Source: Lytechinus pictus (lineage: Eukaryota). From it: a stretch of DNA of 64,000 nucleotides. Made by a program: the position numbers and the translations under genes. This document shows, one piece after another, positions 26,445-39,700 of the stretch. The notes beneath the pieces are model-generated. The model ran no database searches, was not told the DNA's origin, and saw only the letters and a list, made by a program, of their open reading frames with translations. Within the stretch, counting starts at the first letter, position 1. Each line of letters opens with the position of its first letter. The stretch lies in NCBI RefSeq assembly GCF_037042905.1, contig NC_087246.1, forward strand, positions 248,001-312,000. The letters run 5' to 3'.

Positions 26445-27240
26445 AACAAGTGGAATGCCTCTGGCCGTCTCACCTGCATCACGCGATTCAATATAGCAGC
26501 AGTGCTGATTTTGAAAACTACTATAACTCGCACAAGATGTTCAGTGATACTTGGTTACTCTTATTTCCACGTTTTATGAACTAGACCAATACACTTATAG
26601 AGATATGATGGCAATTCAACAAATACCCCCAACGTGGCCAAAGTTCTTTGACCTTACATGACCTTTGACCTTGATCATGTGACCTGAAACTTGCACAGGA
26701 TGTTCAGTAATACTTGATTACTATTATGTCCAAGTTTCATGAATCAGATCCATAAACTTTCAAAGTTATGATGGTAATTCAACAGATACCCCCAATTTGG
26801 CCAAAGTTCATTGACCCTAAATGACATTTGACCTTGGTCATGTGATGTGAAACTCATGCAGGATGTTCAGTGATACTTGATTAACCTTATGTATAAGTTT
26901 CATGAACTAGGTCCATATATTTTCTAAGTTATGATGACATTTCAAAAACTTAACCTTAGGTTAAGATTTTGATGTTGATTCCCCCAACATGGTCTAAGTT
27001 CATTGACCCTAAATGACCTTTGACCTTGGTCATGTGACATGAAACTCAGGCAGGATGTTCAGTAATACTTGATTAACCTTATGGCCAAGTTTCATGAACT
27101 AGGTCCATATACTTTCTAAGTTATGCTGTCATTTCAAAAACTTAACCTCAGGTTAAGATTTGGTGTTGACGCCGCCGCCGCCGTCGCCGTCGGAAAAGCG
27201 GCGCCTATAGTCTCACTCTGCTATGCAGGTGAGACAAAAA
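26445..27240. mobile_element. Helentron-like family 2, full copy
   Basis: Subterminal inverted repeat gtctcacctgca / tgcaggtgagac; internal tandem units; GCC microsatellite near the end. Confidence 0.75.
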
Positions 27241-27251
27241 TGTAACAGCAT

Positions 27252-28524
27252 TAGGCCTGGGACGAATACCCTTTTTGCCATTCGATTGTTCACCAGAGTA
27301 AACAATCGATTAGTTCGATTAATCAAGATTCCTGGAATATCAGAAATCACACACACAAAAGTTGACCTACTTCCATGACCTACCGGTAGCTGCGCTAACT
27401 GGTATGATGGGAGTGGAACTTGGAATAAATGCATTGTATGTACATACAAGGAACATGTACTTGCTCTGTTTTGTCATTTATCCCGCCCTCACTGCACACA
27501 ATGAACGAATATCAAAGGAGATTGAGAACTGTGCGTGACCGCTATATGGTGCATGGATGTGTTGTATGTATGTATTGCGTATGTTAGTACTTGCGCTGAT
27601 ATGAACATACATGTAGGTCCCGCCCATGAGCCCATTCCAAGAACGAATAGCAAAGGAGATTGAGAACTGTGCGTGACTGTGAATGGACGTGTTGTATGTA
27701 TTGCGCTGATGCGAACGTAGATCCCGCCCACAAGCCCATTCAAAGAACGAATAGCGAAGGAGATTGAGAACTGCGCGTGACTGGGAATGGATGTGTTGTA
27801 TGTCTTACGTATGTTAGTACTTGCGCTGATGAGAACGTAGATCCCGCCCATGAGCCCAACTCAAAGAACGAATAGCAAAGGAGATTGAGAACTGCGCGTG
27901 ACTAATTTTGCGGGGGCCTATTTCGTGGGCGGTTCTAGTTGGTTTAATAGGCTCTGCCTCAAAACTACCTCGTACAGTGACAATGCTTTCGCGCACGTGG
28001 TAAGTCACTGATATTGTTTGAGTGGGCGGGTATAACATAATATAGCAAGTTTGATACTGAGGTGTGGCTTCTCAGGACTGATTCAGAGGATTCGCGTACA
28101 AGTTAACTATTATGACAATATGGGCGTATTTGTTAGCGCTTTTGGAATGATTATTGGGCGTGGCTGTAATCACATACAATGTATAATGAGCAAACTGAGC
28201 TCACCCGACTCAGCGCCTATAGAGACGTACGTGCACATCAGCCCAACACATCTGAATTGTGCGCGGTCGCCGCGGCTTAGTCGTCATTGTGTGTCATGAA
28301 AGAGATACGATCTTTGGAATTCGTTAATTTTAGCATAATTTTCATTTGATATCTTGCACTTTGTTTTCAAAAGTTTACAGTCATGTACTTTTGATAATCG
28401 AATGTTTCAAATCAGTAATCATCATCTGGCGAACATTCGATTAGTGTAAAAAGTAACATTCGAGTGCCGATTGTTGGCAAACTGATCGAATGCTTCGATG
28501 GATCTAATTTTACTCCCAGGCCTA
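27252..28524. mobile_element. hAT-like non-autonomous element with internal ~120-bp repeats
   Basis: TIR TAGGCCTGGGA; perfect 8-bp TSD aacagcat. Confidence 0.88.
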
Positions 28525-29024
28525 AACAGCATGACATCGAGGTTTTGAAATCCAAAATGGCGGATAGGCGAAAATCGTTGACTTCTGAAAACGATGTCCA
28601 AAAAACCCTCAAATTATTGATAAAATTTCATTTTACCGTAAAATAATGTGAAAGGTGAGGATGTATTCATGTTAGATGTGTTTGTCAAAATATTTTGTGT
28701 ACCCGCATAGATCCGATTAGAACGGATTCTACTGCATTGTTGGTACAGTGGCAGATACAAATTTTGACCAGCTCGAGTGTTGTGATATTGCTATTCCATG
28801 GGTAAACGGAATTGTCAATTTTTTTGTACACAAAGTCTATGGGGAAACGGAATTTCCGTTTTCTGACATGCTGAAATAGAATTTAAGATATTCTGAAACG
28901 GAAAATCACTGTCCCTTAACTGATTAGATCTAGATCTAGCCTATGTGCATTAGATCTAGTTATGTCTTGCTGCAACTTACAGGACTTATTTCATCATAAC
29001 GGAGACACATCATTTACACATAGT

Positions 29025-30774
29025 TAAGCCTGAGTCGAATTGATTTTAAGATCGGTGTTCGATCGATGTCATCGAGCGCCGGTGCAGATTTTGCAAAATC
29101 GGTGCATCGAAAAAAAATAAATAAAAATACGTCGGCCGGCCGATTCGTTTGGTTCACACAATCAATCATCAAAAATCAAAATAACAGTAATGTCCAACTT
29201 GATTTATATTGCCCCCAAAATGAAACAGATTGTGTAATTATGATGCCTATTCACCATCAATTTGAAGTTTATTTCGATCATATTTCGATTCTTACTCGTC
29301 TGCTCGTGCCGAGATAATTTATGCATTATGAATTCGTGAAAGGAAGTCGCCATCGATCGTGCATGCGCAGTACTGTGCTTTAATCAAACCAGAAAATGGC
29401 CGGAAAATTGGCGCGATCAACGTAAAATAAATCTTGCTTTCATGAACAATATTAATATCATGACCATAGAACACGATTTAATCGTAATAATTAACAATAA
29501 TTCGCATATGATAATCAGTAATATAAATTTAGAGCTTGATGTGAAACGTTTGTATTTCGTATCAATTTTCAATGACGGTCATCACATGACGATCGACATG
29601 AGTGAGTGCACTTGTCTAAAAAAATAATTATCACGTCAGGATTAATTCTCGAACATTGTCAACATGCAGAAACTCTTCCAAGATCGTAGTATCACCATAT
29701 AATAACATTTTACATGACAAAACAGAGAAAATTGCATTTGATATTTTTTCCCATCAACTTGAAGCTAGTTTGTGCCCAACTTTGGGCTCTGATTTCATGA
29801 ATGGAAAATGTGTCATACGTCATCGAACGCGCTTGCGCATTGTGCTTCTTTTCTCGGAGCTCGGAGACGTCGTCCAGAGATGGAATAAAAATAAAGATAA
29901 TGCCACTATAATACTATTAATTCTTCCATATATGAACATAACATACTTTGCTTACATCGTCATTATTTTTAGTATGGCCATAAAATCTTATTACCGGTAA
30001 ATAGTAATTATTTAACATCCAATAATAATTTATATGAATTTAGAGCTCGATCTGAGACATTTGTATTTATTTCGATCGCATGCTCTTGTGTCTGATTCTA
30101 AAATAAAGAATGGATTATCAGGATTGATTCTAGAACATCGTCATAAGTCATATTCCACAATATTTCCTCACAATCGTTATATCAGCATTGAATACCAATT
30201 CAAATGACCATCCAGAGAAAATTACGTACATGTATTTATTCCCATCAATTTATTTGGAGCTCATTTGGGATCCATCTACCCTGCCATCTACACAATCTCA
30301 GGCAAGTTGTTTGCTGGCGCTGGCAAGCACGCCTGTCGTTTCGGGAGAGTGAGTGTACGGGGCTGGTGTGTGCGAGTCTGGACTGCGAGTGCTAGTTGAC
30401 CGAAAATCATTCGGATCGACTCTGCGTGATTCATGTCTTTAATATTGTTTCATTTTAAACTTATATGTTGTCATCTGCAAATATCATTGTTGGAGATATT
30501 TTGGGAAGAATTCTGCATTGGTCCCCGGCCTTTTTTGTGTTTTGTGATGATGGAAAATACAAACGAAATTTGCTCCATCATCTGCTTGTGCAACGCTCAC
30601 CCGGCCAGCGCATACCGTCAGTGCATGCAGTGCGTGCATAGCGCATCGACGCGACGGCCGGAGCAAAAAAAAAATGACTCGATTTCCCGCCTTCAAAATT
30701 CGATGCATCGATGTTCGATCGAATTAAAGCTGTCAAACACCGGTTTTCAAAATAATTGATATGACTCAGGCTTA
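29025..30774 (+). mobile_element. Non-autonomous hAT-like element, copy 2
   Basis: Same TIR; TSD cacatagt/cacataat; colinear with copy 1. Confidence 0.88.
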
Positions 30775-33700
30775 CACATAATTTTCATGTACATCTAGGC
30801 CTAACGTTAGGCCTGGGCCCAAGATAAAAAAAGGAAAGTAAAAGTTGAAAGTGGGGATGTGCATAGAGTTCTAGATCTATATGTGACATCATCAGCCCAC
30901 CTAATGAATATTCATGAAGACATGCCTGGAAGTTGAATTCGGCCTAACGTTTATTAAGTTAGATCTAACATTACTGTAAAAGTGGGAAATTTTCGCGGTG
31001 TGGAAATTTTGGCGGATTTAGCGGCAAGATCTGCGAACCCGAATTTAAAAACACGCAAATTTATGAGCATCTATTTTAATGCAAGTTTTGAACCGCGGTT
31101 CAATTGTGTGTATCGTTTTGGCAAAGAGATTGCATAATATGACCTGTAGAGGGCAGCATTTAAGCAAGCAAACTTGAGCTCCAAATTCATATGCATCGCG
31201 AGAATTTGTTCCAAAGCAATGCGATCATTCGCAGATCGGTATTTAAATTATGATTTTTGTTGAAATATAAATTGCTTTTGCTGTTTGATTGGTGTTTAGA
31301 TCTGTTTAGTTTTTAAGAAGACGTTGTGTCGATCGCCCATGTTTGTTGATTGATCCAATGCACTTTGAATAGCCGTAATCCCCCGGTCCTTACCCGGTGC
31401 TCGGCCGTCAATACCAGGCCAGCAGCTAGCAGCGCCTCCATTTTGCCTTCCCCGATGTCCGTCCCGCAAAGAAAAGTTGCGCAATATGTCACAAAAGCTC
31501 ATGATTGGATCAAAACAATGCTGAATTATGCCGCTCTAGAGCTAGAATTATGATCAGAAAATACAATTTCGTTGCTGAAATGTTAATATAAACCATTCAC
31601 AGATGGGCAAGAACTTTGTGATTATGTGTGCAGCGCGAATTCAAGAACCCGCCAATATGTTTTGAAGCCGCCAAGCGCGAAAAATTAATCCTGTGAAAAT
31701 AACAGCGTTTACAGTAGACTAGATGAGTCAAAAGTCATGGCCTTATCGTCATCCACGTCACGGGGGACAAACTTGAGACACACCTCAAATATCAGCAATC
31801 TTTCAATTGAATCCACAGTTGGAAGATTTCCAAAAGAAATCTATTGAAAAATTGTGCGAAGCTTCTCACTGAACATGAACTTCCTACCACCACGTTTCCT
31901 ATTGACACAATAACAACTGACTTGAAAACTTTTTCAAACGACAAAAATAGTCATCTTTTTCTTTTCTCTCCTGTGGCTGTATATTCTTCCAAGTTGATGA
32001 AACAATGATCAAAAACACTATATAAAACAAAATTAATCACACTAATTCTAAAAACTCTATGTAACTGTCTTATTACTTCTCGTGATCCCGGTCCCCTTCC
32101 CGTGTTGAGACTACCAATATGCTATTACAGTCTCAACACGGGAAGGGGACTCGGATCACGAGGAGTACTTAGACAGTTTAATAGTGTTTTTAATGTGATT
32201 TTCATTGTTTTTAATGATTCTTATTATCGAAGATAATAATTTATCATCTCTAGGAAACTGTCTAAAAGTGGCAGAGTGGTTTTAAAGAGGAGGGAAATGA
32301 GGGGTAGATGAATATCAACAGGTTAAGTGCCGCTTTATTTTAGAGGGGGGACTTGGATCACAAGGAGTAGTTTTATGTTTTAATGCGATTCTATTGATTT
32401 TAATAATTTGTATTATCGAAAAAATGAAGCTGTCTAAAAGTACCAAAGTGATTTTGAAGAGGGAAATGAGGGGTACATGAATATCAATGGGTTAATTCGG
32501 ATCGAGGGGGGCTTGAATCACGAGGAGTAATTATACAGAAATTAATGTTCTTTTTACCTGACGAAATAAAGCAATGGAGACCGTTAGGAGGGAGATGCAA
32601 TTTGATTTATTTAGTAAAAACGTGATAGACCAAATAAAGCATAATTGTGAGTAGACCAAAAGCTTCGGTCTCTGTAATGTTGGCTGTTCCGCTGAACTCT
32701 GTTGGCTCCACTCACCGAATACAGAGACCGAAGTTCTAGCTCTATCTCCCGGGGGGGGGGGGGGGGCCACTAGTCCAGGATAGGCCCCATAGAAAATTGG
32801 CTAAACCTTATTTTTTCATATATACAATTTTTATTTATGGTTTCTTGTCAATTCGAGGGTGCTGATTACGAATATGGGTGATGCCAGTCGTGTAACCTTG
32901 AGCATTTTCCGCAAATTGGCAAAATCCAATATGGCCGCCAAAATATGCAAATTACCCATGAAAATCATAAAATTGTCCGCACGTTGGCTCTGAAATGCAT
33001 GAAATTGTGTGGCAGGAGTGAAATACTCTCTGAAAAAATAATTTTTGACAAAATATTTATTTTCCTGATATTTAAAATGGCTGCCATAGGCCCTTGTATA
33101 CTCTATTATGTACAATGTGAATAGGAAAAACTAATTTTCACAAAAATGAGCACTCAACTGCAAGAAATTGCGATATATGGACGAAGTAATGTATGCAAAT
33201 CATCATTACTAACGAGATATATCATTTATTATGTCATAATATGGGGAAATTGCTGTATTTTGATATCGAAAATAGCCGCCACTGGCCCAAACTGTATTGT
33301 ACAATGGCAATGGCCGGGGGCCAAAAATGACAAGAGTGAGCACTAAAATCCTTCATTAAGATAAACGAGTGGAATACTGACTAAAAACATAATTGTTAAC
33401 GAAATATATTATTTAATATGCCATGTGTGTGATAAATGATGATTTTGAAATTCAAAATGGCCGCCATAGGCCCTATACTTATCATGTACAATGCGAATGG
33501 AGAAACTAATTTTCACAAGAGTAAGAAACATAAAATGCATGTAATTTTTTTTGGAGTAAAATATTGTCTGAAAACATGTTTTATAGCAAGACATATCATT
33601 TCATTTGTCATGCATGAGATAAATGCTGTATTGTGAAATTCAAAATGGCCCCTATAGGGCCTAACAGTATTATTTACAATGTGAATGGGGACATATAATT

Positions 33701-33821
33701 TTGTAAGAATTTGGATTTTCTTGACTATGACATCCATATAATCCTGTTGTATGAGTAAAATGTTATTTGAAAACGTATTTTTTATGAATTATGGCATTTC
33801 TTCTGCCATATAGGTGATAAA

Positions 33822-35360
33822 TAAGCCTGAGTCATATCGATTATTTTTAAAACCGGTGTTTGACAGCTTTAATTCAATCGAACATCGATGAATTGAATTT
33901 TGAAGGCGCGGCGGGGATAATCGAGTCAATATTTTTTTTGCTCCGGCCGTCGCGTCGATGCGCTATGCACCCATTGCATGCACTGACGGTATGCGCTGGC
34001 TGGGTGAGCGTTGCACAAGCAGATGACAGAGCAAAGTTCGTTTGTATTTTCCATGATCACAAAACACAAAAAAGCCGGGGGCCAATGCAGAATTCTTCCC
34101 AAAATATCATCAACAATGATATTTGCAGATGACAATATATAAGTTTAAAATGAAACAATATCAAAGACATGAATCACGCAGAGTCGATCCGAACGATTTT
34201 CGGTCAACTAGCATTCGCGGTCCAGACTCGCACACACCAGCCCCGCCCGCAGCCCCGGCCAGCGCCAGCAAAAAAGTGCAACCAGCGGGAGCACTGTAAC
34301 TTGCCTGAGATTGTGTAGTTAGATCCAAAATGAGCTCCAAATTGACGGGAATAAATACGTTATTTTCTCTGGATGGTCATTTGAATTGGTATTCAATGCT
34401 GATATAACGATTGTGAGGAAAGATTGAGGAATATGAGTAATGACGATGTTCGAGAATTAATCCTGATATGATAATCCATATTTTTTAAATTTTAGACACA
34501 AGAAAAGAGCACCGAGAAAAAGAAGCACTATGCACATGCGCGTTCGTTGACGTAGGACATATTTTCCATTCATGAAAATCAGAGCCCGAAGTTGGGCACA
34601 AATTAGCTTCAAATTGATTGAAAAAAAATATCACGCAATTTACTCTGTTTTGTCATGTAAAATGTTATTATATGGAGATATTACGATCTTGAAAAAGTTT
34701 CTGCATGTTGACAATGTTCGAGAATCAGTCCTGACGTGATAATTTTTTTTTTTAGACAAGTGCACTCGCTCAAGTCGATCGTCATGTGATGTCCGTCATT
34801 GAAAATTGAAACGAAATACAAACGTTTCACATCAAGCTCTAAATTCATATTAATGATTATCATATGCAAATTTTTGTCAAATATTACAATTAAATAACGT
34901 TCTATGGTCATGATATTAATATTGTTCATGATAGCAAGGTTTATTTTACGTTGATTGCGTCAATTTTCCGGCCATTTTCTGTTTTGATTAAAGCACAGTA
35001 CAGCGCATGTGCTGCACGATCGGTGATTTCCATTCATGAATTCATCGCGCATAAATTATCTCGGCACAAGCAGACGAGTAAGACTCGAACTATGATCGAA
35101 ATAAACTTCAAATTAATGGTGAATAGGCATCATAATTACACAATCGGTTTCATTTTTGGGGGAATACAAATCAAGTAAGTAGTACAAGTAGTCAAGTTGG
35201 ACATTTCTGTTTATTTTGATGATTGATTGTGTGAACCAAACGAATCGGCCGGCCGACGTATTTATTTATTTTTTTCGATGCACCCATTTTGCAAAATCTG
35301 CATCGGCGCTCGATGACATCGATCGAACACCGATTTTAAAATCGATTCGACTCAGGCTTA
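33822..35360 (-). mobile_element. Non-autonomous hAT-like element, copy 3 (inverted, internal deletion)
   Basis: Same TIR; perfect TSD gtgataaa. Confidence 0.9.
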
Positions 35361-35728
35361 GTGATAAATACTGCATTTTGACATTCAAAATAGCTGCTGC
35401 AAGCCCTAACTAAATTATGTAACATGCGAATAGGGAAACTAATTTTCACAAGAGTGAGAATCATAAAATGCATTTAACTGTGATCTAATGTACTTTAAAA
35501 TCCAAAATGACTGCAATAGGTCTGTACATTGTAACTTGGGACATATAATTTTGACAGAATTTGGCTTTGCTTGACTCTAAATATTGCATTGTGAATTGTG
35601 ATGTAAGGATGAAATATTGTCTAAAACCATGGTTTCTAACGAGATATATCATATCTTGTGTAATTAAGGTAATAAATGCTGCATTTTGAAATTGAGAATG
35701 GCCACCATAGGCCCTTACGTATTATATA

Positions 35729-36717
35729 CAGTGCGTATCAAAAAAAAAATTACACTTTGAAAAAGCCCTGGGAATTAAAAAATATACAACATGTGGGTAA
35801 TTTTTTCACATATATTCTTGGGTTTGGGTCTCATCTATCTAATGAAAGTAAAAGTTTTGACAGAATGTTACACTTGAGTGAGCACTGTGCATTTTTGTAT
35901 AGCTCGCATAAATCTTTTTGCGCAGAAATGCTCATTTTCACGCTGTGTCAAGGGGAAACGGGCGATATCAAACTTACCCTGCGAAACATTTCTCATACAT
36001 TTCACCTGCACTTTTAGTCAATTGAATTAAAACGGATACATTCAAGCATTTTGTAACAATCTTACCACCCAAACTGAAATTTCAACACTTAGTAAGCACA
36101 ACCTTTACCCTTTTTGTGCCAGCTGGATCTGAGGACATGACTGAATCTGAACAAAAGTTTATATCAGACATCTCCAGCATTTTTTTCACTAAGTTTTTAT
36201 CATTTAAAGTGAGTTTACAATTCATATTTCATTTAATACTTGTTTCTCCACACTTTCTCCAAGCTTGACAATGATTAACAAAATAAAAATCAAGCCTAAG
36301 CCATTTCATGTAAATCACAGCTCAGTGTAAAGCAAATATCGTCACAATGGCCGCGGTGTGTGGGGGAGTGGGGTGGGGCGCAATGCACTCTTTGAAGTGT
36401 TTTGGGCAAGGAAACAAGTTAAAAAAGGAAAAAGATATCTTCAAATCAATTTTACTAGCTAAATTCCACATGTTCTTCATGATTAAGGTCTACTTTTATT
36501 CGCATAACTATTTCAAAGTTCTGCGCAAATCATTTTTCACTAACTTTTCTAAAGTAAGTGGTGCTCACTCTAGCGGAAATATTTTTCGACATTTATATCG
36601 TCAATTGGTTAAATGGATCTGTACCAATGTTAAAATGTGGAAAAATCTTCAGGATATCACAAATGTATAATTTTACAGGATTTTTACTAAGTGTAAACTT
36701 TTTTTTGATACGCACTG
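35729..36717. mobile_element. Tc1/mariner-like MITE
   Basis: TA|CAGTGCGTATCAAAA...TTTTGATACGCACTG|TA. Confidence 0.85.
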
Positions 36718-39700
36718 TACAATTTGAATGGAGACAAATAATTTTCACAAAAGGGCATATGGTGGCCATTTTTAATGTTAAAATACAGTATTTATCACCT
36801 AAATTACATAAGATATGCTATATTTTGTTATAAATCATGTTTTCAGACAATATTTCACTCATACAACGCCATTTGGCCAAGCAAAGCCAAAATCTGTTGA
36901 AATCATTTGTTCCCGTTCACATTGTGCATAATACCGTAAGGGCCTGTAGTGGCCATTTTGACTTTCAAATAACAGTATTTATCACCTAAATGGCAGAATA
37001 AATTATATATCTTATTATGATTTCAGACAATATTTTACTCATAGATCTCTATTAAGTGCATTTATGGTGCTCACTCCTGTGAATATTGGTTTCCAACTTT
37101 GCATTGTACATAATATAGTCAATGTCTATGGAGGCCATTTTGAAGGTCAAAATACAGTATTTCACACAAACTTGAAACCTGAATGATATATTTCGTTAAA
37201 AAATACGTTTTCTAGACAGTATCCCATTGATTTATCATATATATATGCATTTAGTGCTCACTCTTGTGATTTCTTTGGTCCTCTTTCTCATTGTATATAA
37301 TACTGTTAGGGTCTTTGGCAGCCATTTTGAATATCAAAATACAACATTTATCACATACATGGCATATTGATATATTTCGTTAACAACTGTGTTTTTAGTC
37401 AGCATTCCACTCGTTTATCCTAATAATATGCATTTTTATTGATCACTCTTGTGAATTTTTTGGCCCCCATTGCCATTGTACGCAATACTGTTTGGGCCAG
37501 TGGCGGCTATTTTAAAAATCAAAATACGGCAATGTTCCCATACATGACATAATAAATTACATATCTCGTTAGTATGATGATTTGTATAGATTACTTCGTT
37601 TATAGATCAGAATTTCTTACAGTTTGGTGCTCATTTTTGTGAAAATTAGTTTTTCCCATTCATATTGTACATAATAGAGTATACAGGGGCATGTGGCGGC
37701 CATTTTGAATATCCAGAAAATAACTATTTAGTCACAAATTATTTTTTTCAGAGAGTATTTCACTCCTGCCACACAATTTCATGTATTTTATAGCCAATGT
37801 GCGGACAATTTTATGATTTTCATGGGTAATTTGCATATTTTGGCAGCCATATTGGATTTTGCCAATTTGCGGAAAATGCTCAAGGTTACACAAGTGGCAT
37901 CATTCAGATTTGTAATCAGCACCCTCGAATTGACAAGAAACCATCAAAAAGTATTGTATATATACATATAAAAACAAGGTTATGCCTCTTCTATCCTGGA
38001 CTACACTTACATTGGCGAGTGGATAACATGCGCGACCCAAAAAACACGTAAAAAGGATGTCTTTTTCAAGATAGGGCACGTTACGTACGTAACGTAATAA
38101 GGGTGTCAAAAACACTAATATAATGAAAAAAGGGTATCTATTTTCGCTAGGAGAGCTACGTGTTTAGGGTCAAATTTGCGAGGGTGTAAAAAATTAAGAC
38201 TAAAATGTTTTTATAAAGGATGTACTTTTTGCCCCAATAGTCAACACTACGTGTTTACATGTAGGGTACGATTTGCGCGAGATGTAGGAGGTGGGGCTGT
38301 ACTAAACCCAATGATGTAGGTTAAAAGTAAATCCGACGACCGACGTCCGTGACATAAAATATCGCTGTACTTGTTTAGGTCAATTCACGGAATACTTGGC
38401 AAGAGTATCGTTTTGTTTACTTTTTGTTTACTTGTTAAGGGTAGGGTTTCACACACCAATACTTGTTAAGGGATGCACGTTCAGAATAAGGAAAATACGT
38501 GTTTAGGGTGCTTTTTGAGACCCCATGGTCGCGCATGGTATCCACTCGTCAATGGAAGTGGCCCCCCAGGCTCTACCTGTAAAGGGACTAAATGGCCATA
38601 TGTTTATGTATTAAGTTCAGATAAAACAGGGAAGTGAAGTTGCGCGACAGCCAAAGTAAGTCACTGTTTTTTCCCCTTTTAAGTTTCTTTTTCCCCGTTT
38701 GGTGCATTTCAGGCCAAAACAGAATAATCTTTATTTTGGTACAGTTCTTCTTAAATATTTTTATGAAATAAAGACAAAAATCGATGAGCCCCTTGGGGGC
38801 ATTGTTAACCCCCTAATGGTGGCTGCAAGATAGCCACCATTTTCTCCTTGTCTGGGTACAAGGAGAAAATTAAAAAAATTAAAAATGTTAAAAAACTCCT
38901 CAAACAGACGGCTGCCAGCTGTCTAAATTGTGAGAAACATGAAGAGATTTATTTAGCATAAAATATATAGTATTTAGTAAAATAGGAATCAATGAAAATG
39001 GAGACTGAAGAGGGTTAAGCCTAGCCTAGGGCTAGATGCATAAAGCAAAATTTTAATTGTCAGATATAACTTAGAAACAGTAGCTAGTAGTAGTAGAGCC
39101 CAGAGGCACTGGTCAGAAAATTGGGATTGTCCTTACTGCGGCAGCCCGAACACGTACTGTGTTCGGGCTGCGTTGTGATTCACCCCGACTCACCAGATGA
39201 AATCAGATGAGCATCGGGAATCAATCAAAAATACATAAAATTGCACAAAACTGTTACAAAGGAATCAATACATACTTACAACTTAAGCCGCAATATGGGC
39301 GGCCCTCAAAACTTCGAAATAATTCCCCAAAACGAAGCAAAAACGTCGGAAAATTTTGCCGGTGTGCATTAAAACTCGTTCGTACAGGAAGCAATGGAGG
39401 ATTGATATAGCCTTTTGACGAGGCAACGAGATAAATTGATTTTTATTACCAAACGGGCAAAAAACAAAAAACAAACGATAAAAGAGAAAAAATACTTTAA
39501 AAATAAAATAATAATTGAATATGCGATTTCAGTAAGTTCTTATTATCATCAGATCCTGCCAATACCACTAAAGTCCATTATAGATAATACAACAGAATGC
39601 CCCGACAAAAGGCTATCATTTGATGCGTCGGATAGAGATTGTTATGAATATTCATGAGTCTAGTTCCGTAAATTCTTGCTTCACCCTTTGCCTGGCAACT

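Larger units (their letters stand above)
26051..28916. mobile_element. hAT-like element hosting two nested insertions
   Basis: TIR agggacagtgattttccg / cggaaaatcactgtccct; TSD degenerate. Confidence 0.65.
32771..38003. mobile_element. Large foldback element, Academ-like, with nested hAT-like and Tc1-like insertions
   Basis: TAGTCCAGGATAG / CTATCCTGGACTA termini, 3-bp TSD CAC, inverted arms of about 1 kb or more. Confidence 0.75.

Noticed and set aside
18373..34135. Repeated ORF (MENTNEICSVICLCNAHPASAYRQC...) as a gene family
   Set aside because: It recurs only because it lies in three copies of a non-coding hAT-like element; frames and ends differ between copies.
39141..39171. Hairpin gcagcccgaacac-gtact-gtgttcgggctgc as a terminator or ncRNA
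   Set aside because: Isolated 13-bp stem with no supporting context; most likely a transposon relic.
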